This document shows, piece after piece, positions 29,751-39,663 of a stretch of DNA of 64,000 nucleotides (within the stretch, counting starts at the first letter, position 1; each line of letters starts with the position of its first letter). Made by a program: the position numbers and the translations under genes. The DNA is from an uncultured Chloroflexia bacterium (GTDB lineage: Bacteria; Chloroflexota; Chloroflexia; QHBQ01; JADMIH01). The stretch covers positions 512,001-576,000 of the forward strand of contig CAWCNY010000006.1 of the NCBI GenBank assembly GCA_963797095.1. Direction: 5' to 3'. The notes under the pieces are model-generated. The model did not search any database. It saw only the letters and a list, made by a program, of their open reading frames with translations, and was not told the origin of the DNA.

Positions 29751-30890
29751 TTAGCGAGCGACCAATCCCACCGAGCCGGGTACAAGGTTGCTCACACTTC
29801 CCACGGGAGCGAGGCTACCGTCGTGTGCGATGGCGAAGCCGACGATCTGGTGTGTGCCGGAGGCCAACACATAGAGGAAGCGCCCGTTGTTGTTCACGCT
29901 TGCATCTACAGGCGATGAGCCATCGCCTGTAACGCCTGTGCGTCCGTCGGCGTTGAGGAGCGCCAGGCTGCCGTTATGTGCGATGCGATAGCCCGTGACC
30001 GAGCCGCTGCCCGCGTTGGTAGCGTAGGCGAACTTGCCGTCGTTGCTGATAGCGACCCAGCAGGCTGCGGTCTGGTGCGTAGGAGAAGATGCGCTGATCG
30101 TTGTCAGGTTGCCTGCGAAGTTGAGACCATAGGATGATGCTGCGGAAGCGTTGGCCGCGCCGCCAAAAGCCTCCGAAACGATCAGGTGACCGCTCCCATC
30201 GAACGCGAAGCCGAACGGAGTCATGCCTGCCGAGTCCTGGACATCGGGGCCTGTAGCGTAGCCGAGAAGACCCACACGGAAAGTATCTATCTTGTTGGTG
30301 TTCTTCTCGGTGACCACCAGCATACGTCCATTATCGCTGAATTCTACCTGTGCGGGACCGACATCGGCCCCACTGAGTGGCCGGCTGGAACCTGGGATCC
30401 GGTGGAGCCTGCCGAGGATACCGATCCGGAATCCGGTGATATTGTTGGGAACGCCTGCGTTGAGTACATATACCAGGTCGCCATCGACGGCGATGCTGAT
30501 CGGATCGGTGCCGCCTGAAGGCACGCGGTCGACCAGTGTAAGGTTGTGACCGGAAGTAGCGAGTACCGAGATATCGTTGCTGCCCGCGTTCACGGCAAAG
30601 AGCAGGCGTCCATTATCACCCAGGGCCAGGGAACCCTGAGAGCCGAGACCCGCGCCCGTGCCGAGGCCACCTGTTGAGACCGTGCCTGCCGGGGTGAGCG
30701 CACCGTTTGAGCCGCGATCAAAGACGGCGACGGCGTTCCCTGCGGCGGCGTTGGTGAGGGTGTAGACGTAGCCTGAGTCGCCCTTGGCTGAGGCGCTACC
30801 GCCCGCGATAGCGAAGGCGGAGACCAGGAAAGCGACCGCTACCAGCACCCTTGCACACTTTGCGAACCATGATCGTACCGAGTTAGACAT
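29751..30890 (-). CDS. Secreted 7-bladed beta-propeller, 6-phosphogluconolactonase/lactonase family
   Basis: Signal peptide; LFAVNAGSNDIS, QTAACWV, YATNAGSGSVTGY repeats; GGAGG RBS. Confidence 0.85.
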   Translation of the reverse strand: MSNSVRSWFAKCARVLVAVAFLVSAFAIAGGSASAKGDSGYVYTLTNAAAGNAVAVFDRGSNGALTPAGTVSTGGLGTGAGLGSQGSLALGDNGRLLFAVNAGSNDISVLATSGHNLTLVDRVPSGGTDPISIAVDGDLVYVLNAGVPNNITGFRIGILGRLHRIPGSSRPLSGADVGPAQVEFSDNGRMLVVTEKNTNKIDTFRVGLLGYATGPDVQDSAGMTPFGFAFDGSGHLIVSEAFGGAANASAASSYGLNFAGNLTTISASSPTHQTAACWVAISNDGKFAYATNAGSGSVTGYRIAHNGSLALLNADGRTGVTGDGSSPVDASVNNNGRFLYVLASGTHQIVGFAIAHDGSLAPVGSVSNLVPGSVGLVAR

Positions 30891-31144
30891 TGCGTTTCTC
30901 CTCCATCAATGATAAGGCTGTTCTTTTTAGCCCTTCTGATATTGTTCCGGGCTTTCCATGCCGCCCGGTTGCGACTTAGTTCTGCCCTATGGAGGATATC
31001 ATCGCAGGCGCGGCTTACGGCGCTATGAACCGCATTACACGGTAGTTACACGATCCTTACGGCTTTGACAGATCCAATCTGTAACCTGGATCGTAGTACC
31101 TAATTGAAGATATGGAGAGGGTGTCCGCTCCTTCCTCCTCAATG

Positions 31145-31185
31145 CAGGAAACCCCCACGACCGGAACGGTCGTGGGGGTTTCCTG
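31145..31185. terminator. Perfect 19-bp hairpin downstream of the M23 gene
   Basis: CAGGAAACCCCCACGACCG-GAA-CGGTCGTGGGGGTTTCCTG. Confidence 0.75.
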
Positions 31186-31275
31186 GTTTTGCCCATTCTA
31201 AGTAAAACGTGATACGCGACTATCGCTTACTGCTTATTTCCTTCGTCGTTGTTCGTAACGTATCTAGTATCAAGC

Positions 31276-31917
31276 TTACTCGCTCAGGAACCAGCCTATG
31301 CCAGGATATTGAGTGGTGTTAGGGACGGGATACGAGCCGCGAAGCTTGCCGATGCTATAAGGGTCGAGGGGAGTACTGTTGGCGTTCATGAGGGCGAAGT
31401 GGAGGTGAATCATGCCTCGTGCGCCAGTGTCACCTGACATACCGAGGAATTGACCTTGTTTGACATGAATGGTGCGCGATTGAGAGCCAACCGGAATATC
31501 CGAAGCGATGGAAGCGAGGTGGCCGTAGTATGTATAGTAAGTGACACCGTTGACATAATGCTTGATAAAGACTGCATTGCCCTGGCGGGAGCAGCAGTTG
31601 GCACAAGCCTCACCATCGGCTGCGGCTATGACGGGGAATGAGCGCCAGCTACTGAGGTTGTTGTAATTGCCTTTGATATAGTCGATGCCACCGTGGAAAC
31701 CTCCACTGTTGTAATACCAGCCGGAGAGTATCTCCATGCTGCTGTTAGCTTCGAAGGGGAGAGTGAGGAACTGGGCGCGGGCGGTGCCTGCCGGAGAGGC
31801 AGCAGCCGGGGTAGCCGAGGTGGCGCTAAAGGTGAAGAGGACAACTGCGAGGACGGCGATTGCGGCCAGGATTGAGCGGCTCTTCTTGGTGGAAATGACG
31901 GACAGAATAGAACGCAT
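31276..31917 (-). CDS. Secreted M23-family metallopeptidase
   Basis: Signal peptide; HGGID, YGHL, HLHF zinc motifs. Confidence 0.88.
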   Translation of the reverse strand: MRSILSVISTKKSRSILAAIAVLAVVLFTFSATSATPAAASPAGTARAQFLTLPFEANSSMEILSGWYYNSGGFHGGIDYIKGNYNNLSSWRSFPVIAAADGEACANCCSRQGNAVFIKHYVNGVTYYTYYGHLASIASDIPVGSQSRTIHVKQGQFLGMSGDTGARGMIHLHFALMNANSTPLDPYSIGKLRGSYPVPNTTQYPGIGWFLSE

Positions 31918-32281
31918 TTAGAGATAGCTCCTTCTATAGGATTTAACAAGGGATGATCACCGCACTGTATTTACGCCTTGACATAAGGCGCAAGCACAAT
32001 GACAGGATTATAAGGGTACAGCAAGCATAAATGCTAGCATTTTTGGCCTTATAATTCGCTTTTACGGAGGTCTTTACGTAGAGTTACGTACTATGGGTGA
32101 TGGGATTACGTATCTCGACAGGTCCCCGCCCATCTTCTTATCCTTGTAGACCGGTAGTCTCCGAGCGAGCGTGCTGGCATGGGGCTTGCCAGTTGGTGGG
32201 TGGAAGTGGATAATTCAGTGAAGTCTAGCGTGGAGATGATCGAGAATGCCAACACCTAGTGATTCAACAGTTTTGCATAAG

Positions 32282-33283
32282 ATGAACAAGAAAGCGCGGG
32301 TTGATGCCGCGCTGGCAAACCAGCCTGTGGATCGCCCGCCCGTGTCGCTCTGGCGGCACTTTTTCGATTGCGAGCGGAGCGCGGAAGACCTCGCGGGGGC
32401 GATGCTCGCCTTCCAGAAGAGGTACGATTGGGATTGGATGAAGGTGAACCCACGCGCCTCATACCACGTCGAGGGGTGGGGGGTCACGACAAGCTACGGC
32501 GCTGGCGGGCCGCTTGATAAGCCGGTGGTGACAGCGTATCCGATCCAATCGCTGGCCGACTGGGGTAGGCTAAAGCCTTTGTCTATGGACCAGGGCGCGC
32601 TTGGCGAGCAGCTTGAGGCGCTTGAGAGGATCGGGGAGAGCCTCGGTGGTGAGACGTACTTCATCGAGACGATCTTCAATCCCCTGTCGATAGCGGCTGA
32701 CCTGGTGGACAATCCTAAGGTGGCGATCCCTGCGTTGATGGTGAGTAACCCCCAGGCTTTGAAGGACGCGCTGGAGGTAATTACGGCGACCTTCAGCGAG
32801 TTCGCGAAGCGGTGCCTGGATGCCGGGGCCGACGGAATCTTCTTTGCTACTACGGACTGGGCTAGCCGGGACCTGCTGAACGAGGAGCAGTACGCGGAGT
32901 GGGGCAGGCCGTACGATTTACGTGTGCTGGAGGCGGCGCAGGGCGCACACTTCAACGTGCTGCACGTGTGCAAGAACAACAACCTGCTGTTCGCGCTGGC
33001 CGACTATCCGGTGCACGCTATCAACTGGGCTGTGGGGTCGCCCGGAAACCCGGGGTTGAGGGACGTGCAACTGAACACCAACAAGACGGTGATCGGCGGC
33101 TGGATGAACGAGACTCTTCGGGACGGGACGCCTGCCATGATCAAGTCGGAGGCGAGGGCGGCACGTGAGCAGACGGGCGGGCGAAGGTTTATGCTTGGGC
33201 CTGCGTGCTCGATCGCGCCTGAGTCGCCTGAGGAGAACGTGAAAGCGGCTCGGGCCGCAGCGGATGCCTTGCAGGGCGAGTAG
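32282..33283 (+). CDS. Uroporphyrinogen decarboxylase (URO-D/methyltransferase) family protein
   Basis: VDRPPVSLWRHF, AGADGIFFA, LHVC, FMLGPACS. Confidence 0.8.
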   Translation: MNKKARVDAALANQPVDRPPVSLWRHFFDCERSAEDLAGAMLAFQKRYDWDWMKVNPRASYHVEGWGVTTSYGAGGPLDKPVVTAYPIQSLADWGRLKPLSMDQGALGEQLEALERIGESLGGETYFIETIFNPLSIAADLVDNPKVAIPALMVSNPQALKDALEVITATFSEFAKRCLDAGADGIFFATTDWASRDLLNEEQYAEWGRPYDLRVLEAAQGAHFNVLHVCKNNNLLFALADYPVHAINWAVGSPGNPGLRDVQLNTNKTVIGGWMNETLRDGTPAMIKSEARAAREQTGGRRFMLGPACSIAPESPEENVKAARAAADALQGE

Positions 33284-33287
33284 CAAA

Positions 33288-33370
33288 TGACGAGTAACGA
33301 GTGAAGAGTGACGAGTGACGAGTTAGTTGAAACTGGTTGGCGATTCGAACTCGCTACTCGTCACTCTTCA
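33288..33370. repeat. Inverted pair of heptamer arrays (GAGTGAC / GTCACTC)
   Basis: gacgagtaacgagtgaagagtgacgagtgacgagt...actcgctactcgtcactcttca. Confidence 0.8.
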
Positions 33371-33427
33371 ATGTAGACCTTTGGCTAGTTGCTGATCATT
33401 ATTTGGATGTTTCTGTGAGCAGGTAGC

Positions 33428-33492
33428 TATTCTTGCCCTCATTAACTTAAAGGCGTTAGTGGGGCAAAACGGGACAGGTTTTGGGGTGTACT
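33428..33492 (-). repeat. Dispersed 65-bp intergenic repeat, copy 2 (inverted relative to copy 1)
   Basis: Reverse complement matches 18812-18876 with 6 mismatches. Confidence 0.9.
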
Positions 33493-33505
33493 TAAGGGTA
33501 CATTT

Positions 33506-34282
33506 TTAGGGTTTGGCCTGGAACTCGCCGAACCTGGCTCCCTGAGAATCATTGATTGTGCTAATGCCATCGGCTGTGAATGTGACTGTGAAGGCGCCGG
33601 TCAGGGGATCGGAGCCTACGGCGCGGGTGGCGTTGATGGTTATGCGGTAGTCGCCCGCCTGGAATTTCCAGTCAGCGGGACCGACGAAGAGGCCGACCGG
33701 GTATTGGGGATTGCTGGGGCTGACCATTAGAGGCCCGGCATCGGCCAGGTAGATATAAGTAAGCTCTTTTGCCGTGGGGTCAAATGTCCACGCGCCCTCT
33801 TCCTGCCAGGTGAAGTCGGCTCCTACGCCTCCATTCATGGGATCCGCTCTGACCGACACATCGGTAATTACATCGATGCGGGAGTTACGACCTGTGCTGA
33901 CGAACCTGGGCTGGACATATAAGATGGGGGCCGCGCCTCCCTGGGACATGCGGACGACCGGGGGAAGGATCATATGGACTTCAGGCTCTTCGGTGACGGA
34001 AAGGTAGCCGAGGATTGCCACTACGAGGGCGGCAATCGAGATCAAAGTGGGGATCAGGACGACGAGCCATATGGGTATGCGTGCGAAGGCCCGTCCTGAT
34101 GGCTCGGACGAAGAGTCTGCCGGTGGTGCGGCCTGAACAGGTGTTGATTGGCGGGTTGCCCGTGGAGGGCGTGCCGCCGGGGTGGATTTACCGGGCACGG
34201 CAGCAGGAGTAGGCGCTGGTGTTGCAGGGGCGACGGATTGGGTGTTGCGCAGTCGTTTGGGCCGGGTTTTGTCGTCGGACAT
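33506..34282 (-). CDS. Hypothetical single-pass membrane protein (Pro-rich N-terminus, beta-rich extracellular domain)
   Basis: 258-aa ORF, GGAG RBS, one TM. Confidence 0.65.
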   Translation of the reverse strand: MSDDKTRPKRLRNTQSVAPATPAPTPAAVPGKSTPAARPPRATRQSTPVQAAPPADSSSEPSGRAFARIPIWLVVLIPTLISIAALVVAILGYLSVTEEPEVHMILPPVVRMSQGGAAPILYVQPRFVSTGRNSRIDVITDVSVRADPMNGGVGADFTWQEEGAWTFDPTAKELTYIYLADAGPLMVSPSNPQYPVGLFVGPADWKFQAGDYRITINATRAVGSDPLTGAFTVTFTADGISTINDSQGARFGEFQAKP

Positions 34283-34488
34283 GATGATTCTCCGCGTGTG
34301 TACAGGTTGGGGGTAATATAAGGTAAGGTTGCTTGGGCGTCAAGGTGGAGTGGGTATCGCAAGAGCCTGGGTGTTTTGGAGCACATCACCCAATCGACCA
34401 AAATAACCCATGATGCGGAGTTAGTCTTACAATTTCCGTGCATAGGACCATAAGAGGGATGATATTTCTTACAGAGGTGAGGAAACGA

Positions 34489-34746
34489 ATGAATAAAACA
34501 ATAGTCACAGTAAGTGTAGTTTTCGATGGGGAAGTGTTACGGCCAGAAACACCGCCAAACCTTGAGCCAAACACTCGCTATGTGGCTGTGATCCAGGTGG
34601 AGGAGAATGGTGTAGAAACAGAGAATGCTTGGGATGTGCTTGAGCGATTCACGGGCACTGTAGATGCGCCGCCCGACTGGGCATCGGAGCACGACCATTA
34701 TCTGTATGGCACGCCAAAACGGCGAGACTCCAGTGATCAACAATGA
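34489..34746 (+). CDS. Putative antitoxin (AF2212/DUF104-like)
   Basis: VFDGEVLRPE and PPDWASEHDHYLYGTPK; overlaps the toxin start (ATGA). Confidence 0.75.
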   Translation: MNKTIVTVSVVFDGEVLRPETPPNLEPNTRYVAVIQVEENGVETENAWDVLERFTGTVDAPPDWASEHDHYLYGTPKRRDSSDQQ

Positions 34747-35159
34747 GCAGTGATCGTTTCCTGTTGGATACGTTCTTCATACAAGCCCTGCTCAATATGC
34801 AGGAATCATATCACGAGCAATCTCGTGATTTCTTCCCCTTTGCACGTGACGCGCAAGAGGTTTGGGTAACAGAAGCAGTTTTGGTTGACGTTGCGAATGC
34901 GCCGAGTTCAATTAATCGCGACGCGGCTGTTTCGTTTATTCGCCAGTGCTACAATACACCTAATATGCGCGTGGTTTCGGTGGATAGAGGTCTTCTTACT
35001 GAAGCATTGGATCTTTATGAGGCTAGGGGCGATAAGACGTGGGGTCTTACCGACTGTATCTCGTTTGTAGTAATGTACCAACAAGCCATTTCGGACGCCT
35101 TAACAGCCGATAAGGATTTCGAACAGGCAGGATTTAGGACGGTGCTGAGTCCGGAATAA
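34743..35159 (+). CDS. PIN-domain VapC-like toxin
   Basis: LLDT, WGLTDCISF, ALTADKDFEQAGF. Confidence 0.88.
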   Translation: MSSDRFLLDTFFIQALLNMQESYHEQSRDFFPFARDAQEVWVTEAVLVDVANAPSSINRDAAVSFIRQCYNTPNMRVVSVDRGLLTEALDLYEARGDKTWGLTDCISFVVMYQQAISDALTADKDFEQAGFRTVLSPE

Positions 35160-35196
35160 AAAGAGGCTGTGGAAGTAGGTTCCACAGCCTCTTTTT
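35158..35196. terminator. Bidirectional intrinsic terminator
   Basis: AAAAAGAGGCTGTGGAA-GTAGG-TTCCACAGCCTCTTTTT. Confidence 0.88.
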
Positions 35197-35213
35197 GTGT
35201 ATTTACGAAGTTA

Positions 35214-37665
35214 TTATGCTTCTACGCTTACGGTTGCCTTTTCCACCGTGAAGGTTATCCCTTCGTCGGTTGAGTAGTTGGCTACTACTGTATCGCCGGG
35301 CTTGGCGTCGCCCCTCAGTAGGCGCTTGCTCAGCGGGGTCTCTAGCTCGCGCTGGATGGCCCGCTTGAGGGGGCGTGCGCCGAAGTTGCGGTCGTAACCG
35401 GCCTCGGCCAGGTGCACCTTCACAGACTGCTCAAGGCGGAGGTTGATCCCTGTGAGGGCCAGCCTGCTCGCCAGGTCGCGTATCTGAATGTCGACGATCT
35501 CAGTAAGCTCTTCGAGAGTCAGGTGGCGGAAGATGATCGTATCGTCGATACGGTTCAGGAACTCAGGCCGGAAGATGTTGCGCATCGCCTCTTCCACGCG
35601 CTTCTGCACCTCGCGCTGGTCGGTTTCATTATATCCCTTGGGCAGGAAGCCGAAGCCTGCGTTCTTGGGCAAGAACTCGGTGCCTACGTTGGAGGTCATG
35701 ATGATTAGCGTGTTGCTGAAGTCGACCGTTCGACCATGCCCGTCGGTCATGCGACCGTCATCGAGCACCTGGAGCAGCGCGTTGAAGATCTCCGGGTGGG
35801 CCTTCTCGATCTCGTCGAAGAGGACTACCTGATATGGTCTGCGGCGCACCAACTCGGTTAGCTGGCCGCCCTCGTCATAGCCGACGTAGCCTGGAGGCGA
35901 ACCGATCATGCGGGCGACCGTATGGCGCTCGCCGTACTCGCTCATGTCCACGCGCACGATTGCGTCCTCGGAGCCGAACATATACTCGGCCAGGGCCTTC
36001 GCAAGCTCGGTCTTGCCGACGCCAGTGGGCCCAACGAAGATGAACGAGCCGATGGGGCGTCGCGGGTCGCGCAGGCCGGAGCGTGCGCGGCGGATCGCGT
36101 CGGACACCGCCTCGATGGCCTCTTCCTGGCCGACCACTCGCTTCTTAAGCTCGGTCTCCATTTCGAGGAGGCGGGTCATCTCTTCCTGCACCATCCGCTT
36201 GACTGGGATGCCGGTCCACTTGGACACTACCTCGGCCACGTCCTCCTCATCCACGCTTTCATCGATGTTGTGGGTGGAGAACCACTCGTGGCGCTTCTCC
36301 TCGAACTCGTCGTGGAGAAGCTGATGCTCCTGCTTGAGGCGGGCTGCCGTCTCGTAGTCGCGCTGGTCGGAGGCATCCTCCATCTCCTTATCAAGCTGAT
36401 CCAGCCTGTTCTGCGTTTCGCGCAGATCGGGCGGGAGGTTGAAGACCGCCAGGCGTACCTTGGAGGCTGCCTCGTCCATCAGATCGATGGCCTTGTCTGG
36501 AAGGAAGCGGTCCTGGATGTAGCGGCTGGAGAGACGGACGGCGGCCTGCACCGCTTCGTCGGTGATGTGGAGGTTGTGGTGTTCCTGGTAGCGGGGCTTG
36601 AGGCCGCGCAGGATCTCTATCGAGTTCCTCGATAGAAGGCTGTTCGACGTAGACAGGTGCGAAGCGGCGCTCTAGAGCCTGGTCCTTCTCGATCTTGCGG
36701 TATTCGTTGAGTGTGGTGGCGCCGACGCACTGGAGGTCGCCACGTGCGAGGGCGGGCTTGAGGATGTTGGCGGCGTCGAGCGCGCCTTCGGCTGCTCCCG
36801 CGCCTACAACGGTGTGTAGCTCATCGATGAAGAGGATGATCTCCTTGCGAGCGCGCCTGACCTCTTCCATGACGGTCTTGAGACGCTCTTCAAACTCGCC
36901 CCGGAACTTGGAGCCTGCTACCATTGCGGGCAGGTCGAGCGCGAGCACGCGCTTGTCCTTGAGCAGGTCGGGGACCTCGTTGTTGGCGATGGCCTGGGCC
37001 AGGCCTTCAACGATGGCGGTCTTGCCGACGCCAGGCTCGCCGATGAGCACGGGGTTGTTCTTGGTGCGGCGTACAAGCACCTGCATCACGCGCTGGATCT
37101 CGTCCATGCGGCCAATTACAGGATCAAGCTGGCCTTCGCGGGCGAGGCTGGTGAGGTCGATGGAGAAGCGCTCGAGGGCCTCGTAATGCTCCTCGGGGTT
37201 CTGGTCGGTGACGCGGCGGTCACCACGGATTTCACGTAGGACGGCGTATATCTTCTCCTGGTCGATGTCAGACTGCACTAGGATGCGGCCTGTCTGGCCT
37301 CCGCGCTCGCCTGCGATGGCGAGGAGGAGGTGCTCGGTGGAGATGAATTCGTCGTTGAGGCGGTCGGCCTCTTCTGCCGCGCCCTGGAGGACGCGGTTGG
37401 CACGCAGAGTGATATAGCCTGTGGCGCTGCCCCTGTTGGCGGTGGAGAAGTTCTGCATGGCATTGAGGGCGCTTTCAAGCTGGCGTGTCATAGCTTGCAC
37501 GTCGCCTCCCAGGCGGCCTATGATCTGGGCCGGCAGGGAGTTGCGCTGTTGCAGGAGTGCCAGGAAGACGTGCTCTACATCAAGCTGCGTGTGCTGCTTG
37601 GAGAACATGATCTGCTGGGCCCTCTGTAGGGCCTCCTGCGCCTTTTCTGTAAATCTGCTCATCAT
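35214..37665 (-). CDS. clpC: Hsp100/Clp AAA+ ATPase, ClpC-type (two NBDs); frameshift near 36625
   Basis: Clp-N repeats, [16 protein letters not shown], short UVR-like M domain, GFGF loop; ...QPSIE(E/D) continues as [12 protein letters not shown] after removing one base. Confidence 0.8.
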
Positions 37666-37879
37666 GGTTCCGTACTCTCTTTTCTTTAGGCTCTAATGTC
37701 TCTATACTCATGCTGGCTTATTATATGCTTTATTACAACATCCGTGCCATGCTTACCCGGGTTACTATGGGATAATGCTAATTGTGTATTTTATCTGTGC
37801 CGGTAGGATTAGGATAGGTAGCGGCCCGTGTGAGTATAGCGCGAAGTGAGGGTGGGGATTTGTGATTTCCACGAGCTAA

Positions 37880-38308
37880 TCAATCAATATCAAGCTCGCG
37901 GCGAAGGGTTTCCAACTCGGCGAGGAAGTGGCGGCGCATATGTTCCATCTCTTCGTGTAGCCGGAGCATTCGCTCTCGCATGTAGAGGATGGCTTCCGCG
38001 CCCGCCAGGTTTACGCCGAGGTCGTTGGTTAGTCGCATAATGGCGCGCACTCGCTCGATGTCACGCTCCGAGTAGAGGCGGATTTTGCCTTCGCTTCGTT
38101 GCGGTTCTACCAGGCCCTCGCGTTCGTACAGGCGGAGCGTCTGGGGGTGGACCCCCAGGATCTGGGACGCTATGCTGATTACATAGCGTGGCTGCTCATC
38201 GGCGTTGACGTTGGCATCCTGCCGGCTCCGGGTTGTGTGACGGCCTTCAGTGCGACTATTGGTGTCTGTTGCCCTCCCGTGGCGCTCGGGATCGGTCTTC
38301 GTACTCAT
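37880..38308 (-). CDS. hspR: Heat-shock repressor HspR (MerR family)
   Basis: YVISIASQILGVHPQTLRLYEREGL..RLYSERDIER..LGVNLAG; downstream of J-protein. Confidence 0.88.
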   Translation of the reverse strand: MSTKTDPERHGRATDTNSRTEGRHTTRSRQDANVNADEQPRYVISIASQILGVHPQTLRLYEREGLVEPQRSEGKIRLYSERDIERVRAIMRLTNDLGVNLAGAEAILYMRERMLRLHEEMEHMRRHFLAELETLRRELDID

Positions 38309-38311
38309 ACT

Positions 38312-39370
38312 CTAACCTCCCCTCTGCTCGTTATATATACGTTGCAACTCGCTGAATAGTTGCTTCTCACGCTCGCCCAGCTCGGTTGGGAGCTGTACCT
38401 CGATGCGAGCATAGAGGTCGCCGCGGCGGTCGGGCTGCTTGAGGTGGGGCATGCCCTGGCCGGTAAGCTTGAAGGTGCGTCCATTCTGCGTGCCCGCGGG
38501 GATTTTGAGAGCAAGGCGCGTGCCTTTGGGCGTGGGAACCTCCACTTCGCCCCCCAGGATTGCTATGTAGAGCGGAGCCTGGACGGTTGTGTAGAGGTCG
38601 TCGCCTTTGCGCTCGAAGCGGGAGTTGGGCAGCACTGTTACTTTCAGGTATAGGTCGCCTTTGCCTCCGCCACCTGAGCCTGGGCCTCCTTCGCCTGCCA
38701 CGCGGATGCGCGAGCCTGTGTGGACGCCGGCGGGGATCTTCACCTCGATACGCTTGGTGCGCGAGAGGGTGCCCGCACCACTACAGGTGGGGCAGACCTT
38801 GTTAGAGATGAGGCCGGTGCCGTTGCAGGTAGGGCATACCTCAGGCACATCCATCTGAAGGATGCGCTGGGTGCCCGTGAAGGCTTCCTCAAGGGTGACT
38901 TCGATGCCATGCTCGTAGTCTTCGCCGACGCGGGGCATGGTGCGCGTGCGCCCGCCCGAGTAGAACGGGTTGCCGCCGGCCGAGCGTGCGCTGCGGCCGA
39001 ACAACATCTCGAAGAAGTCGGAGAAGTCGCCCGCGTCACCTGTGGTGAAGCGAACGCCACCGCCCGTGCCCGTGCCGCCATCGCCATAAGATTGAGCGTA
39101 GCGTGAGAAGTCGAAGCCGCCCGGCGCCCCCTCGGCGTGCTGATAGCGCTCCCAATCCGAGCCGAACTGGTCGTACTTCTTGCGCTTGTCGGCGTCGGAG
39201 AGGACTTCGTAGGCCTCGTTGACTTCCTTGAACTTCGCTTCGGCCTCACGGTCGTTGGGGTTCAAGTCGGGGTGGTATTTGCGCGCCAGCTTGCGGAAGG
39301 CGGACTTTATCTCTTTTTCGGTGGCGGTCTTTTTGACGCCAAGTGTGTTGTAGTAGTCTTTGTACTGCAT
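38312..39370 (-). CDS. DnaJ-class co-chaperone (CbpA-like, with half zinc finger)
   Basis: J domain HPD, G/F region, FSDFFE, two CxxCxGxG, DnaJ C-terminal domain. Confidence 0.92.
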   Translation of the reverse strand: MQYKDYYNTLGVKKTATEKEIKSAFRKLARKYHPDLNPNDREAEAKFKEVNEAYEVLSDADKRKKYDQFGSDWERYQHAEGAPGGFDFSRYAQSYGDGGTGTGGGVRFTTGDAGDFSDFFEMLFGRSARSAGGNPFYSGGRTRTMPRVGEDYEHGIEVTLEEAFTGTQRILQMDVPEVCPTCNGTGLISNKVCPTCSGAGTLSRTKRIEVKIPAGVHTGSRIRVAGEGGPGSGGGGKGDLYLKVTVLPNSRFERKGDDLYTTVQAPLYIAILGGEVEVPTPKGTRLALKIPAGTQNGRTFKLTGQGMPHLKQPDRRGDLYARIEVQLPTELGEREKQLFSELQRIYNEQRGG

Positions 39371-39444
39371 GCTGCTTACTGCATTTATGGACTAGTCTTT
39401 ATGTGTAGATTGTTGTTTTTGGTGGATTATATGAGTATGTCTAT

Positions 39445-39474
39445 ATTATAAGGGTTGAGTACGGTATTGTCAAG
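39445..39474 (-). promoter_or_regulatory. Sigma-70 promoter overlapped by a HAIR (HspR) operator
   Basis: TTGACA-17 bp-TATAAT; GTTGAGT-N7-TGTCAAG at 39454-39474 vs consensus CTTGAGT-N7-ACTCAAG. Confidence 0.8.
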
Positions 39475-39663
39475 TTTGTGGCAAGTTGAGCACGCCTGGG
39501 GAAGTTCGCGTAGATGTTCGGGACGCGCCACCCAAGCATCCCTTTGTCTTCTCGACGCTCTCTTTGAGAAATGACCTTTGTCTAAGTTACTACCTGGGAA
39601 CGAGTTGGATTGCCTGGGAAAAGGCTATACTATTGGGAGTTGAGATAGAGAGCAGGGAGAGCC

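Noticed and set aside
18804-33502. Composite transposon bounded by the inverted 65-bp repeats
   Set aside because: Cargo is essential housekeeping genes; no transposase and no target-site duplication
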